Positions 35,457 through 45,320 of a stretch of DNA of 64,000 nucleotides are shown here, piece after piece. The notes under the pieces are model-generated. The model had not been told where the DNA came from and searched no databases. It saw only the letters and a list, made by a program, of their open reading frames with translations. Position 1 is the stretch's first letter. Every line of letters begins with the position of its first letter. Location: the NCBI GenBank assembly GCA_045863235.1, contig BTUM01000005.1, positions 58,912 through 122,911 on the forward strand, written 5' to 3'. This DNA is from Candidatus Xenobia bacterium (GTDB lineage Bacteria > Vulcanimicrobiota > Xenobia > Xenobiales > QWHO01). A program made the translations under genes and the position numbers.

Positions 35457-37076
35457 GTGCGCGCTGATCTGATGCTGACCAATGCCCGGGTCTGGACGGG
35501 CGATCGGGCTCGGCCCTGGACTGATTCGCTGGCCATTCAGGGGAACCACCTGGTGGCTGTGGGCGAGGAAGTAAGCGCTACCGAGCGCCTCGACCTGGGA
35601 GGGAGGCTGGTCATCCCGGGTCTGTGGGACGCCCACATTCATTTCTACTACTGGAGTCTGGGTCTGAGCCAGGTGCAGCTGAGCGGCTGTCCGAGCCTGG
35701 AGGACCTTCTCGAGCGGGTGCGCCAGTTCATGGTGAACGAGCCTCGGGATACCTGGATTCGCGGCTGGGGTTGGAACGAGACCTTCTGGCACGATCCAAC
35801 CCTGCCGTCGCGCCACCATCTCGACGCCGTCACGGGGCCCGACCGCCCCTGCTTGCTCTATCGCTCGGACATGCACTCGGCCGTGGCCAATTCGCGGGCC
35901 CTCGACCTGGCGGGGATGCTGGAGCCGGAACTGGTGGTGGAAGGGGGCGTGATTGACCGCGACCAGGACGGCCAGCCCACCGGGGTGCTGCGCGAGCTGG
36001 CCATCAACCGGATGCGAGAGCTATTACCCAGTCCCAGCGCTGGCCAGCTCGACCGGGCCCTGTTGGCGGGCATGGAGCGGCTGCACAGGCTGGGGATCAC
36101 GGCCATCTGCGATCAGCGGCTCAAGGATCACGAGGATGGGCCCCGCGCCCTGGCTGCCTACGCCCGGCTCAATCGGCGTGAGCAGTTGAAGTTGCGGGTG
36201 AGCTGCAACGTGGCGGCCCACAACCTGCCCCTGCTGGAGGCTCTGGGTTTATCCTCGTCGATGGGGGACGACCGGCTGCAGCTCGGGCATATCAAGATCT
36301 TCGCTGACGGCACCCTGGGCAGCCGCACGGCCTGGATGCTGGAGCCCTTTCTACCCGGGCCATTTGACGAGCATGACAACTGTGGCCTGGTTGTGACCCC
36401 CCGTGAGCAGATCGAGGACGAGTTGCAGCGAGCTCTGGCTATCGGATTCCCTGTTTCGATCCACGCCATTGGCGACCGCGCCAATCGGGTCTGTCTGGAC
36501 CTGTTCGAGCAAGCTCGTCTGCAGGGTGTGGAGCCGCCAGTCATTCCGCACCGGATCGAGCACGCCCAGACACTTGCTGATTCTGACCTGGGCCGGCTGG
36601 CCGAGCTGGGGATCACGGCCAGTTTGCAGCCCGCCCACATCCTGGACGACATGGATACGGCCGACGCTTATCTTGGAGAGCACGCCCGCCTGGCCTACCG
36701 CTTCGGCGGGCTGGCTCGCTCGGGGGCCTTGCTGGCTTTCGGCAGCGATGCGCCGGTTTCGGATGCCAATCCCTTCTACGGGATGCATGGTGCTGTTTGC
36801 CGCCAGCGCCCCGCTCGCATGGAGCGCGGGGCCTGGTACGCGGAGGAGCGCCTCTCCCTGCAGGATACCCTCACTGCCTACACGCTGGGCGCGGCCACGG
36901 CGGCCGGGCGCCAGCGCTTGACCGGCTCGCTGGCGGTGGGCAAGCGAGCCGACCTGGTCGTGCTCGACCGCGATCTCTTCGAGCTCGAGCGCCAGGGGAT
37001 CGCGGGCAGCGAGCTGGTCGACACCCGGGTCCTGCTGACTATGTTCGATGGCCAGGTGGTCCACCGCGAGCTCTGA
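35457..37076 (+). CDS. amidohydrolase-family hydrolase (paralog of 2194..3864)
   Basis: GTG 35457 with AAGGGAG 5 nt upstream (ORF 34881.. is antisense overlap). LMLTNARVWTG...VIPGLWDAHIHF HxH motif. HAIGDRAN, HAQ and DAP(V)SD motifs. Confidence 0.8.
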   Translation: MRADLMLTNARVWTGDRARPWTDSLAIQGNHLVAVGEEVSATERLDLGGRLVIPGLWDAHIHFYYWSLGLSQVQLSGCPSLEDLLERVRQFMVNEPRDTWIRGWGWNETFWHDPTLPSRHHLDAVTGPDRPCLLYRSDMHSAVANSRALDLAGMLEPELVVEGGVIDRDQDGQPTGVLRELAINRMRELLPSPSAGQLDRALLAGMERLHRLGITAICDQRLKDHEDGPRALAAYARLNRREQLKLRVSCNVAAHNLPLLEALGLSSSMGDDRLQLGHIKIFADGTLGSRTAWMLEPFLPGPFDEHDNCGLVVTPREQIEDELQRALAIGFPVSIHAIGDRANRVCLDLFEQARLQGVEPPVIPHRIEHAQTLADSDLGRLAELGITASLQPAHILDDMDTADAYLGEHARLAYRFGGLARSGALLAFGSDAPVSDANPFYGMHGAVCRQRPARMERGAWYAEERLSLQDTLTAYTLGAATAAGRQRLTGSLAVGKRADLVVLDRDLFELERQGIAGSELVDTRVLLTMFDGQVVHREL

Positions 37077-37118
37077 GCCCGGCAGGGCTGGAGTCTCTGG
37101 CCAAGAAGCTGCCCGGCG

Positions 37119-37934
37119 ATGACCTGGCGACACGGATTTTCCCAGCTCAGCGAGGTGGGCCTCCACTGGGTGAGCCAGGGCGAGGGGCCCCTGCTCTTGC
37201 TGCTGCATGGCTTCCCCGACTTCTGGTATGTCTGGCGCAAGCAGATCCCGGCGCTGGCCAGCCACTATCGGGTGGTGGCCCCCGATCTGCGCGGCTACAA
37301 CCAGAGCGACAAGCCCTCCGGTCGCCGGTTCTACCGGCTCAATCGCCTGGCCCGCGACGTGGCCGAGCTGATTGAAGACCTGGGCGAGCGAGATGCCTTC
37401 GTGTGCGGTCACGACTGGGGCGGGGCGGTGGCCTGGGCCACGGCCGGACTCTATCCCCAGCGCCTGCGCAAGCTGGCCGTGCTCAACTGTCCCCATCCGG
37501 GGGCCATGGTGCGGGGGGTGCTGCGCAACCCTTCTCAGCTGCGTCGGAGCTGGTACATCTTCTGGTTCCAGCTCCCCTGGCTGCCGGAATGGATGATCCG
37601 CCGCCACCTGGCCGGCTGGTTTCGGGCTGCCTACGGACGGCGCATCGAAGCTCTGGACGCCCAGCGCGGCATGGAAGCCTTGATGCGGCCGGGAGCCTTG
37701 AAGGCAGCCCTGAGCTATTACCGAGCCGGTCCCATGCGCCTGCCCAAAGCCGACGTGAGCACACTGATGCTGTTTGGCGCCGATGATCCCTATCTCTTGC
37801 CTTCCACGGCCGCGCTCAGCAAACACTATACCACGGCCCCCTTCGAGTTTCGCCTGGTGGAGGGTTGTGGGCACTGGATCCAGCTCGAGCGCCCGGAACT
37901 GGTCAACCGCGAGTTGCGCGACTGGTTTTCGTAA
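37119..37934 (+). CDS. alpha/beta hydrolase (epoxide hydrolase / haloalkane dehalogenase-like)
   Basis: 271 aa. HGFPDFWY, nucleophile elbow CGHDWGG, and a C-terminal GHW(I) catalytic His region. Confidence 0.85.
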   Translation: MTWRHGFSQLSEVGLHWVSQGEGPLLLLLHGFPDFWYVWRKQIPALASHYRVVAPDLRGYNQSDKPSGRRFYRLNRLARDVAELIEDLGERDAFVCGHDWGGAVAWATAGLYPQRLRKLAVLNCPHPGAMVRGVLRNPSQLRRSWYIFWFQLPWLPEWMIRRHLAGWFRAAYGRRIEALDAQRGMEALMRPGALKAALSYYRAGPMRLPKADVSTLMLFGADDPYLLPSTAALSKHYTTAPFEFRLVEGCGHWIQLERPELVNRELRDWFS

Positions 37935-38005
37935 CCCTCTTGCCAACCGGGGCCCTCTCAGCTATACTTCACACTCGCAACTAGAGTTCAAGGAGTTACT
38001 TACCC

Positions 38006-38263
38006 ATGGCCAACGCTGCAGCCGGAAAGGACGGCGGACGGGGAGAGCGCCGGATGCGCCGCCCGCGCCGGAAAGTCTGCTACTTCTCCGCCAACAAGAT
38101 CGAGTACATCGATTACAAGGACATCAATCTGCTTCGGCGGTTCGTCAACGAGCGGGGCAAGATTCTGCCGCGCCGCATCACTGGAACCTCGGCCCGTCAC
38201 CAGCGTCGGCTGGCCGTGGCCATCAAGCGCGCCCGTCATCTGGCGCTGCTGCCCTACACCTAA
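38006..38263 (+). CDS. rpsR: 30S ribosomal protein S18
   Basis: [55 protein letters not shown] is a near-consensus S18. Stand-alone, not in an rpsF-ssb-rpsR-rplI context. Confidence 0.9.
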   Translation: MANAAAGKDGGRGERRMRRPRRKVCYFSANKIEYIDYKDINLLRRFVNERGKILPRRITGTSARHQRRLAVAIKRARHLALLPYT

Positions 38264-38289
38264 GGCCAGTTTCCGGTCTTCGAGACTGA

Positions 38290-38318
38290 GCGTCCGTCCT
38301 CCGACGGGCGCTTGTTGC
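38290..38318 (+). terminator. rho-independent terminator-like hairpin after rpsR
   Basis: gcgtccgtc-ctcc-gacgggcgc stem-loop (one G.U) followed by ttgttg. Confidence 0.5.
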
Positions 38319-38477
38319 GTGTACGGGCGGGCCAGTTCTAGAAAATAATTCTATCTCCCGGCAGGAACTTGAATCTCAATCAAGAATGAACCGGGCGAGT
38401 CTGGTTCCTCCGTACTCGCGACGCCCCGGCCCCCAGCCAGAGTGCTGGCCTGTCGGGGCGTCACTTTTTCGCGGTAC

Positions 38478-39434
38478 TCAGCGCAGGCGGTCGAGCTGGG
38501 CCTGCAGCTCCTCGAGCTCGCGACGCCAGAACGAGTGGGATTCCACTTCCGGGAAGAGGGGCACGAAGACCGGATCGCGCCGGCGCCGGGCCACCCAGGT
38601 GGCGTAGCGCACGAACTTGAGCGCCCGCAGAGGCTCGATCAGGGCCAGGCTGCGGCGATCGAAGGGGCGACGCTTGGAGTAGGTCTCGAGCAAGGTCTCT
38701 CGCATGGCCACGCTGTCTTCGTCGCGGCCCGGCAGGAGCAGCCATACGTCCTGCACGGGTGGGCCCATGGCAAAGTCGTCGAAGTCCACCAGCTCGAGCC
38801 CCTGCGAGCTGTAGAGGAGGTTGCCCCGGTGCAGGTCGCCGTGGAGACGGATGGGTCGGATCTCGGCGAACATCCGCTCCACCCGGCTGACCAGCGAGCG
38901 GACGGTCTGCTCGTAGGCGGGCCAGATCTGCGTCGGCACGACCTTTTCGGCGCGCAGGGCCTCCAGGTTCTCCAGGCCCCAGCTGCGAGGACCGATCAGA
39001 GGCCGGTAGCTAGCCGCGCGCCGCTCGCCCACGTTGTGCAAACGAGCGAGCATGTCCCCCAGGGCGTGCACGTGGTGCAGTTCGATCTCGTCGGGGCAGC
39101 GCCCGAACTGGTAGGGGAAGATGGCGAAATAGATGCCCGACACCACTCCCACGGTGTCTCCGTGCTCCAACTGAAGGGGAGGGCCGACCGGCAGTCCGGC
39201 ATCCTTGAGCTCTTCGAGAAAGTCGTGCTCCTCGCGCAGGGCCTCGCGCGACCAGCGGCCGGGTCGGTAGAACTTGGCCACCCAACGAGTGCCGTCGGCG
39301 TCCTCGGCCCGGATGACCCGATTTTCCAGTGAGTTCAGGAAGACGAAGCCGGGCTCGACGTCCAGGTCGGCTTGCTCGAAGGCCTCGAAGATGCGCTCCA
39401 GGGTCAGGTTGTAGAAGTAGCGGGTCGGATTCAT
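38478..39434 (-). CDS. srkA: stress response kinase A (YihE/RdoA, APH/HSK2-type kinase fold)
   Basis: 318 aa. The HGDLHRGNLL catalytic loop, the (I)DFDD Mg-binding motif and the N-terminal WVAKFYRP lysine region are typical of YihE/SrkA. Confidence 0.8.
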   Translation of the reverse strand: MNPTRYFYNLTLERIFEAFEQADLDVEPGFVFLNSLENRVIRAEDADGTRWVAKFYRPGRWSREALREEHDFLEELKDAGLPVGPPLQLEHGDTVGVVSGIYFAIFPYQFGRCPDEIELHHVHALGDMLARLHNVGERRAASYRPLIGPRSWGLENLEALRAEKVVPTQIWPAYEQTVRSLVSRVERMFAEIRPIRLHGDLHRGNLLYSSQGLELVDFDDFAMGPPVQDVWLLLPGRDEDSVAMRETLLETYSKRRPFDRRSLALIEPLRALKFVRYATWVARRRRDPVFVPLFPEVESHSFWRRELEELQAQLDRLR

Positions 39435-40741
39435 CGGCGCAGCGGGGCTCGTAGCAGCAAGGCGCTCAGAAAGAGAGCAGCCAGCGGAGGGCCGCTGCAG
39501 CCGATGAGCACGCCCAGCCAGTCCCAGGGGCTGCTCGCGCGAGGAATGTTGTAGAGAAGGGCCTGGGCAAAGGTCATCCAGCAGTCGGCCAGCACTGCCC
39601 CCAGTAACAAGAAGCCCAGCGTGCGCGCCTGGCGTCGGTGTCGGCGCAGGCCCCGGCCCAGGAGCCAGAAAAGGGTCAAGATCAACACGTCAAAGCTGGC
39701 CCAGGCCTTCCCCAGCCAGGCCGCTCCAAACCAGCGCTCCGAGTCGCAAAGCGCCAGCACCACGGTCCAGGGGATCAGGGCGGCGGCCAGCAGCTCGGCT
39801 CCCAGAGCCCAGCCCTCCGGCTCGCGCACCCGGGCGGGCTGGCTCAGCAGTCGACCGGCGGTGACCAGCGCGAAGCGATCGGGGCGGCCGTGTGAGAAGG
39901 CGACCAGCGAGGCCCACAGGGCGCGGGCCAGCTGGCCCGGCTCGGCGGCCAGGACGATGGGCTGGAAGCGGCAGCCCAGGCGAGCTCGGAAGTTGTAGAT
40001 GCCCTTGAAGCCATACAGCCAGTTCAGGTGCTTGGAGGCGGACCGCATCACTGCCAGTAGAGGGCCGCCGCGGTCAGGCAGGCCGGCCAGCGCGGTGAAG
40101 CCCAGGGAAACACGTCCTGGCAGATTTCTCATGGCCGTGTCCAGCAGCATTTCGGCCGTGCCCTGGGGAACCGGTCGGCCCAGGATGAGAAAGTCCACCA
40201 GATGGTTTCCCCCGCCCAGGTCGACGGCCACCAGCAACCCCAGGCAGGCCCCCCCGGAGCCATAGGCGGCCCAGCGGCGCCGCGCCGGACCCATCTCCAG
40301 GGGGCGTCCGGCGGCCAGAAAGCCCATGGGAGGCATCCCCTGGCGATGGCGCCAGGCCCGCACGAGGGGCTCGAGGTCGGCTTCGGGAGGGTCCTCACGC
40401 ACGATCACCCCTTTGCGACGGGCCCGGCGCAGAAACTCGCCCACCCGCTCGGGCCGCCACTCCCCGGCTTCGAACCAGGCCTCCTGGCCGACCGGGAGGC
40501 ACTGCCAGCCGTCAGGAGACCAGCCGAAGAAGGCTGCCCGGCACCCTCGCGCACGCGCCTGGCGGGCAAACTCGCTGGCCGTGGCCTGAGGATCCGGGCT
40601 GAGGGGCTGGCCGATAGCCAGCCAGCAGCCGGCATACTCAACGTAGGCCAGGCAGTCTTGAAAGGTGCGTAAACCGCTGCTGGGAAGGGCGAAGGCCGGC
40701 GTGGGAGGGCCGAAGGCGTCGATTCGTTCCGAGAGTGTCAT
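39431..40741 (-). CDS. DUF2156 (lysyl-phosphatidylglycerol synthase C-terminal-like) domain fused to a C-terminal polytopic membrane region
   Basis: 436 aa. The N-terminal ~300 aa are soluble (AYVEYAGCWLAIGQP...). The C-terminal ~130 aa have 4-5 TM helices. The domain call is tentative. ATGA overlap with srkA. Confidence 0.5.
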   Translation of the reverse strand: MTLSERIDAFGPPTPAFALPSSGLRTFQDCLAYVEYAGCWLAIGQPLSPDPQATASEFARQARARGCRAAFFGWSPDGWQCLPVGQEAWFEAGEWRPERVGEFLRRARRKGVIVREDPPEADLEPLVRAWRHRQGMPPMGFLAAGRPLEMGPARRRWAAYGSGGACLGLLVAVDLGGGNHLVDFLILGRPVPQGTAEMLLDTAMRNLPGRVSLGFTALAGLPDRGGPLLAVMRSASKHLNWLYGFKGIYNFRARLGCRFQPIVLAAEPGQLARALWASLVAFSHGRPDRFALVTAGRLLSQPARVREPEGWALGAELLAAALIPWTVVLALCDSERWFGAAWLGKAWASFDVLILTLFWLLGRGLRRHRRQARTLGFLLLGAVLADCWMTFAQALLYNIPRASSPWDWLGVLIGCSGPPLAALFLSALLLRAPLRR

Positions 40742-41868
40742 GAAGCCGGAGGCGGCGGCTCCTCGGTGAGCGGGAACAAGAACTTGAGAGCTCCCGCCAT
40801 GCGGGCTCCCCAGGCGGCTTCGTTATGCCGGTGGCGGTGGCCGATCAGGTGCTGCAGGTCGCGCCCGAGCGAATAACGCCCAATCAGAGAGTCGCGCAGC
40901 GCCAGGGTCAGGCTGACGCCGTCGCGGAAGGTGCCTCCGCTGTCGCCCGAATCGAGATAGATGCGCAGATCGCGGCGTTTGTCCTGGGCTACCCGGGCAG
41001 GGAAGTTTCTCAGCCACCACGAGCCCGACATGGCTCCCACCTTGCCGAACACCTCGGGATGCTCCCAGGCCAGATAGAGGGCGGCCACCCCGCCCGCGCT
41101 CGAGCCCAGCGTGCCGGTGTTGGCCGGGCCCGGGAGAGTGCGATACTTCTCGTTGATGAGCGGCATGAGCTCTTGAATGAGGAAGGAGGCGTAAAGGTCG
41201 GCCCGCCCCCCGTCGTCAGGGCTGATGTAGTCGCGCAGCCGATTGGGCGTGTTGTCCACCCCCACCACGATCAGCTCGCGCGCTTCGGCCCGCCGGGCCG
41301 TCTCCTCCACCGCCCGGGTTGCGTGCCACGAGCCGAAGGGGCCCACCTCGAAGACGTTCTGGCCGTCGTGCAGGTAGAGCACCGGATAGCGCCGGTCGGC
41401 GTGCTGATCGTAGCCGCGGGGCAGAAACACCCGATAGGGGCGCTTCTCCTTGAGGATGGCGGAGTCGATGACCGGCACCGCGGCCGGGTCGTAGTCGCGC
41501 CGTGGCACGTCGGGACGGCGAGCGGGCAGGTAGTTGAAGAGCTGTCCATCCTGCACGAAGATCCAGTCCTGGGTGGCCTGGTAGGTGTCCTTGGCCGGGT
41601 CGCGCAGGGTTCCCAGGCTGTTGGTGAAGTAAAACTGCAGGTTGCGACCGGCCTGACCCAGCGCGCAAGCCCGCCAGCACGACTCCTCCTCGATGCGGCC
41701 CGGACCCGAGCGAGTCATGGTCACCGACCGGAACTGTCGCGCCCCCTGGTGGCGCCAGTGCAGCACCGGAGGGTCAAAGCCCGAATGGTAGAGAACCTGC
41801 TTCCCTAGAGTCGAAGGCTCGGCTTCGACCAGCGTTCCCGACGGCTCGGTCGGGACCGCATTACCCAA
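40738..41868 (-). CDS. putative esterase (enterochelin-esterase/esterase D-like alpha/beta hydrolase) with N-terminal beta-sandwich domain
   Basis: GSSAGG nucleophile motif. The motif string YPVLYLHDG...VGVDN...ISPDDGG is typical of PF00756 esterases. 4-bp overlap with the upstream gene. Confidence 0.75.
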   Translation of the reverse strand: MGNAVPTEPSGTLVEAEPSTLGKQVLYHSGFDPPVLHWRHQGARQFRSVTMTRSGPGRIEEESCWRACALGQAGRNLQFYFTNSLGTLRDPAKDTYQATQDWIFVQDGQLFNYLPARRPDVPRRDYDPAAVPVIDSAILKEKRPYRVFLPRGYDQHADRRYPVLYLHDGQNVFEVGPFGSWHATRAVEETARRAEARELIVVGVDNTPNRLRDYISPDDGGRADLYASFLIQELMPLINEKYRTLPGPANTGTLGSSAGGVAALYLAWEHPEVFGKVGAMSGSWWLRNFPARVAQDKRRDLRIYLDSGDSGGTFRDGVSLTLALRDSLIGRYSLGRDLQHLIGHRHRHNEAAWGARMAGALKFLFPLTEEPPPPAS

Positions 41869-41921
41869 GCCCGCATTGCCCTTTCATAGGCAGGATCGCT
41901 TCCTCCCGGAGGCCAGAATTC

Positions 41922-43802
41922 CTACCGGGCCACCACCCGCACCGGCTCGTCGTAGAAGGCGGCCCCGCCCCCGCCATCGGTTTCGCGGGCTGAAATCAGC
42001 TGATTGGCACAATTGCCCCGGCGCAACATGCCGCCTTTGGCCATGAAGGCCACCTCAGGGTGGATGCTCTCGTCGAGTCGCACGCGCACGTCCAGCCAGC
42101 CGCGCCGGCTCTCCAGGCGAGCCTCCAGGCCGTCCTGGAGCCCACAGGAAGGGTGCAGGCTCACCAGGGGCGGGCCATCATGGTCGACTGACCACTGCGA
42201 GGACTGCGACCTGGGAGTGGACACGGCCAGCAATTGGAACGGGAATTCCTGATCGGGTCGGGGCGTGGGCCCGGGGAGCTGGTGGATCAGATTGACCTTC
42301 CCGCTGGCGGTTGCGAATCTCCGCCCCTCGAAGAGCACCCGGGGAGCATCCGGGCGAGGCTGGGGGCCCTGCTCGAGGGCCTCCAGGGTGAGCGGAGGCC
42401 TCAGAATCCGCCGCTTCCAATCCCGCACGGTGCCCTGGAGAAGATCGCTCAGGCCCAGGCGGTTGGCCAGCTGCTGCCAGATCCACAGCTCGTGGCGGGC
42501 TTCGCCGGGGGGCTCCAGGGTGGGGCTCGAGCTGCGCACCCAGTGATTGCCGTAAGCCCCCACCAGGTCCTCGTCCTCCAGCAGCGTCAGGGTGGGCAGC
42601 ACGAGCTGGGCGCAATCGGTGGTGTCGGTGGGATGGGTGTCCACCACCACGTTGAACTCGCTTTTATGGAAGGCCTCGCGGGTGATCTGCGAGTCGGGCA
42701 GCATGGAGACGGGATTGCCGGCCGTTACCCAGATCATGCGGATGGGCGGGTCCTTGGCGGCCAGGATCTCGTGGCCCAGCCTGGCCTCGGACAGCTCGCG
42801 AGCGCTCTTGCCAGGGATGAAGCCGGTATCAAACGAGGCCCGACGCCGGAAGTAGTAGGAGATGCCCCCACCAGCCACGCCCAGGTTGCCGCTGATCGCC
42901 GCCAGGGCATCCAGCGCCCGAACGCTGGCCATTCCGTTGGCTCGCCGGGCCAGCCCCCAGCCCACCAGCAGGGCTGAAGGGCCGTCTGCGTAGGCCCGGG
43001 CGATCGTTTCCACCTGCTCGGGGCTGACTCCGGCTTCGCCGGCCCAGTCTTCGCGGGAGAAGACCAGCTCGCGGTAAGCGGGGAAGTGGTCACAGTAGCC
43101 GGCAGCCTCGGGATCGGTGCGGCCGGACTCGAAAAGGCTGCGGGCCACGGCCATGGCCAGCGCAAAATCGCCCCCGGGGCGCACCTGCACGAAGTCAGGG
43201 CAGAGCTCGGCCAGCCGGGTGCGCAGCACGTCGATGCCCACCAACCTGCAGCCGCGCTCGCGGGCCTTGAGCAGCAGGGGCAAGAGGTGGGGTCCGGAAG
43301 TGTGGACGTTCTTGCCCCAGATCAAGATGGTGCGGCTTTCTTCCAGGTCGGTCAGGTCGTGGCTGTCGCACAACCCGAAATCGAGCTCCTGGGCGGCCTC
43401 GCCAGCCCCCGAGCAGATGTCGCCGCTCTTGACACTGACCGGACCGAAGCTCTCGAAGAGGTAGTCGGCGAGGTTCTTGAGCAGACCCAGCGAGCCCCCC
43501 GAGCGGTAGTGCAGAATGGCCGCGGGCCCGGACTCGGAGGAAATCTTGAGGAGATTCTCGGCCGCCACATCCAGGGCTCTCTCCCAGGAGACCGGCTGGC
43601 CCCCGAGAAGCGGCCTGGTCAGCCGGTCGGAGGCATACTGACGGTAGAGAAAGCGGCTGGTCCTCTCGCACAGAAAGCCCTTCGTGACCGGATCGTCCGG
43701 ATCACCCTTGAGCTTGACCGCTCGCCCGTCGTCGTCCACTGTCACCAGGATGGAGCAGGCGTCGGGACAGTCACGATTGCAGGCAGTTCTCTTGACGGGC
43801 AT
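41922..43802 (-). CDS. molybdopterin (Mo-bisPGD) oxidoreductase catalytic subunit
   Basis: 626 aa. N-terminal CNRDCPDAC...C 4Fe-4S motif. Typical Mo-bisPGD family core. Confidence 0.85.
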   Translation of the reverse strand: MPVKRTACNRDCPDACSILVTVDDDGRAVKLKGDPDDPVTKGFLCERTSRFLYRQYASDRLTRPLLGGQPVSWERALDVAAENLLKISSESGPAAILHYRSGGSLGLLKNLADYLFESFGPVSVKSGDICSGAGEAAQELDFGLCDSHDLTDLEESRTILIWGKNVHTSGPHLLPLLLKARERGCRLVGIDVLRTRLAELCPDFVQVRPGGDFALAMAVARSLFESGRTDPEAAGYCDHFPAYRELVFSREDWAGEAGVSPEQVETIARAYADGPSALLVGWGLARRANGMASVRALDALAAISGNLGVAGGGISYYFRRRASFDTGFIPGKSARELSEARLGHEILAAKDPPIRMIWVTAGNPVSMLPDSQITREAFHKSEFNVVVDTHPTDTTDCAQLVLPTLTLLEDEDLVGAYGNHWVRSSSPTLEPPGEARHELWIWQQLANRLGLSDLLQGTVRDWKRRILRPPLTLEALEQGPQPRPDAPRVLFEGRRFATASGKVNLIHQLPGPTPRPDQEFPFQLLAVSTPRSQSSQWSVDHDGPPLVSLHPSCGLQDGLEARLESRRGWLDVRVRLDESIHPEVAFMAKGGMLRRGNCANQLISARETDGGGGAAFYDEPVRVVAR

Positions 43803-43862
43803 GGGGGTGTTTTCGGGTCGGTGCGGGCCGGGTCCTCGCTCGGGGCGGGACCAGGAGAGGGG

Positions 43863-44790
43863 CTACATCTTGGACTTGAGCAGGGCGGCCACGTTCTTGT
43901 GACCGCGGTCGCGGGCCAGGTCCAGGGGGGTCTTGCCGGCCTTGTTCTTGGCCTTGGGCGAAGCGCCCGCGGCCAGCAGCGCCTCCACCACCTTCAGGTG
44001 TCCGTTCCAGGCCGCCTTGTGGAGCGCCGTGCTGCCCTCGGGGGTCACGGCTTTGACGGAGGCCTTGTGGGCCAGCAGAGCCTTCACGGTCAAGAGGTCG
44101 CCCGACTCGGAGGCCACCAGCAGCGGGGTGTAGGCCAGGCTGCCCTTGTCTTCGGGCGAAATCCCCAGCGAGAGAAAATACTCCACCAGGGCGCTGTGGC
44201 CCATGGCCACGGCCGAGTGGAAGGGTAGGTCCTGGCGCACGTCGCGTGCGCGGGGGTCCACCTTGTAGGCCACCAGCAATCGGGCGATCTCGAGGCGCCC
44301 CTTCTGCCCCGAATGTAGATCGGGAGCCAGGGCGATGTTGTGCAGCAGGGTGCCGTAACTGGTCTTGATGGTGGCTTTGGCCTTCTTCTCCAGCAAGAAC
44401 TTCACCATCTCCAGGTTGCCGTTGACGACTGCAATCTCGATCGGCAGGCTGTAGGGGGAGTTGAGCCCGGCGTTGACGTTGGCGCCGCTCTCGACCAGGA
44501 GCCTGGCCATGGCCAGGTTGTTCTCGCGCACCGCCACGGCGAGGGGATGGCCCACCTTCAGGCTGGCCTTGCGCTTGATGAGGTACTTGACGATCTCGAT
44601 CTGGTTGCGCTCCACGGCCACCATCAGGGCCGTGTTGTCATTGCCGTCCAGTCCATCGATTTTGGCGCCGCCGTCGAGGATCTGCATGACGCGGATGAGA
44701 TCCCCGCGAGCGGCCGCCTCGTGCAAGGTCTCGGCCCAGGCGGGCAGGGCCATTAAGGCCAGCAGCAAGGTCAGCCGGATCAGGCGCAAA
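43863..44790 (-). CDS. secreted ankyrin-repeat protein
   Basis: TTG start at 44790 with GGAG 9 nt upstream gives signal peptide MRLIRLTLLLALMALPAWA. It is followed by ~8 ankyrin repeats (TALM.AV..N..E.VK.LI, GHSALVEYFL, GHLKVVEALL). The upstream part of ORF 43863..45740 is antisense artefact. Confidence 0.8.
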
Positions 44791-45268
44791 GCCAGCTGGC
44801 TCCGGTTTTTTCGCTCAATTTCTCGGCCAGGCGCTCGGAGAGGATGAGGGGCACTTCGGGGGTCAGGCGGGCGCTCAGGAGCACGGTGCGGGTCACCAGC
44901 ATCCGTCCCCAGGGGCTGGTGGGGCCGAGCCGTCGGCCGCTCAGATCTTCCCAGGGGATGGTGAGCGGGGGGTGAAAAGCCCGGAAGATCGGCCACACCG
45001 AAAGGTGCAGGCCGTGTTCGTCGGCCTGAGCCTTGACTGAGCCGCGGAAACAGATGCCCCGGTCGAGGTAGAGCGACTGCCAGCCGAGCCCGGTATGCTT
45101 CCACGGCTCGGGGCTGCGGTAGTGACGGGCCAATCGGCGCCATCCGCCCAGCCAGCTGATGACCCAGAGGACCACCAGCCAGACGGCCAGGAACAGCAAG
45201 GGGATCGCGGCCCAGGTCAGCCAGGCTGTCATACCCGGGATCATCCCACAGGGTGGCTCGATGGTCAA
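44780..45268 (-). CDS. small membrane protein, hypothetical
   Basis: Trp-rich TM segments (TAWLTWAAIPLLFLAVWLVVLWVISWLGGW). Overlaps the ankyrin gene start by ~10 bp. Alternative starts at 45244 and 45232. Confidence 0.45.
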   Translation of the reverse strand: MTIEPPCGMIPGMTAWLTWAAIPLLFLAVWLVVLWVISWLGGWRRLARHYRSPEPWKHTGLGWQSLYLDRGICFRGSVKAQADEHGLHLSVWPIFRAFHPPLTIPWEDLSGRRLGPTSPWGRMLVTRTVLLSARLTPEVPLILSERLAEKLSEKTGASWLCA

Positions 45269-45320
45269 CCGTTAATGGGATGTTCATAAATCTCGACGCT
45301 GGTTTGCATAGAGTGGGCAC

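Noticed and set aside
34881-37076. 731-aa ORF as the amidohydrolase gene
   Set aside because: The first ~190 codons overlap the convergent S51-like gene and are Ala/Gly/Arg-rich. A GTG with a good SD at 35457 gives a canonical amidohydrolase N-terminus.
38442-39332. 296-aa + strand ORF
   Set aside because: Antisense to srkA, which carries unambiguous kinase motifs.
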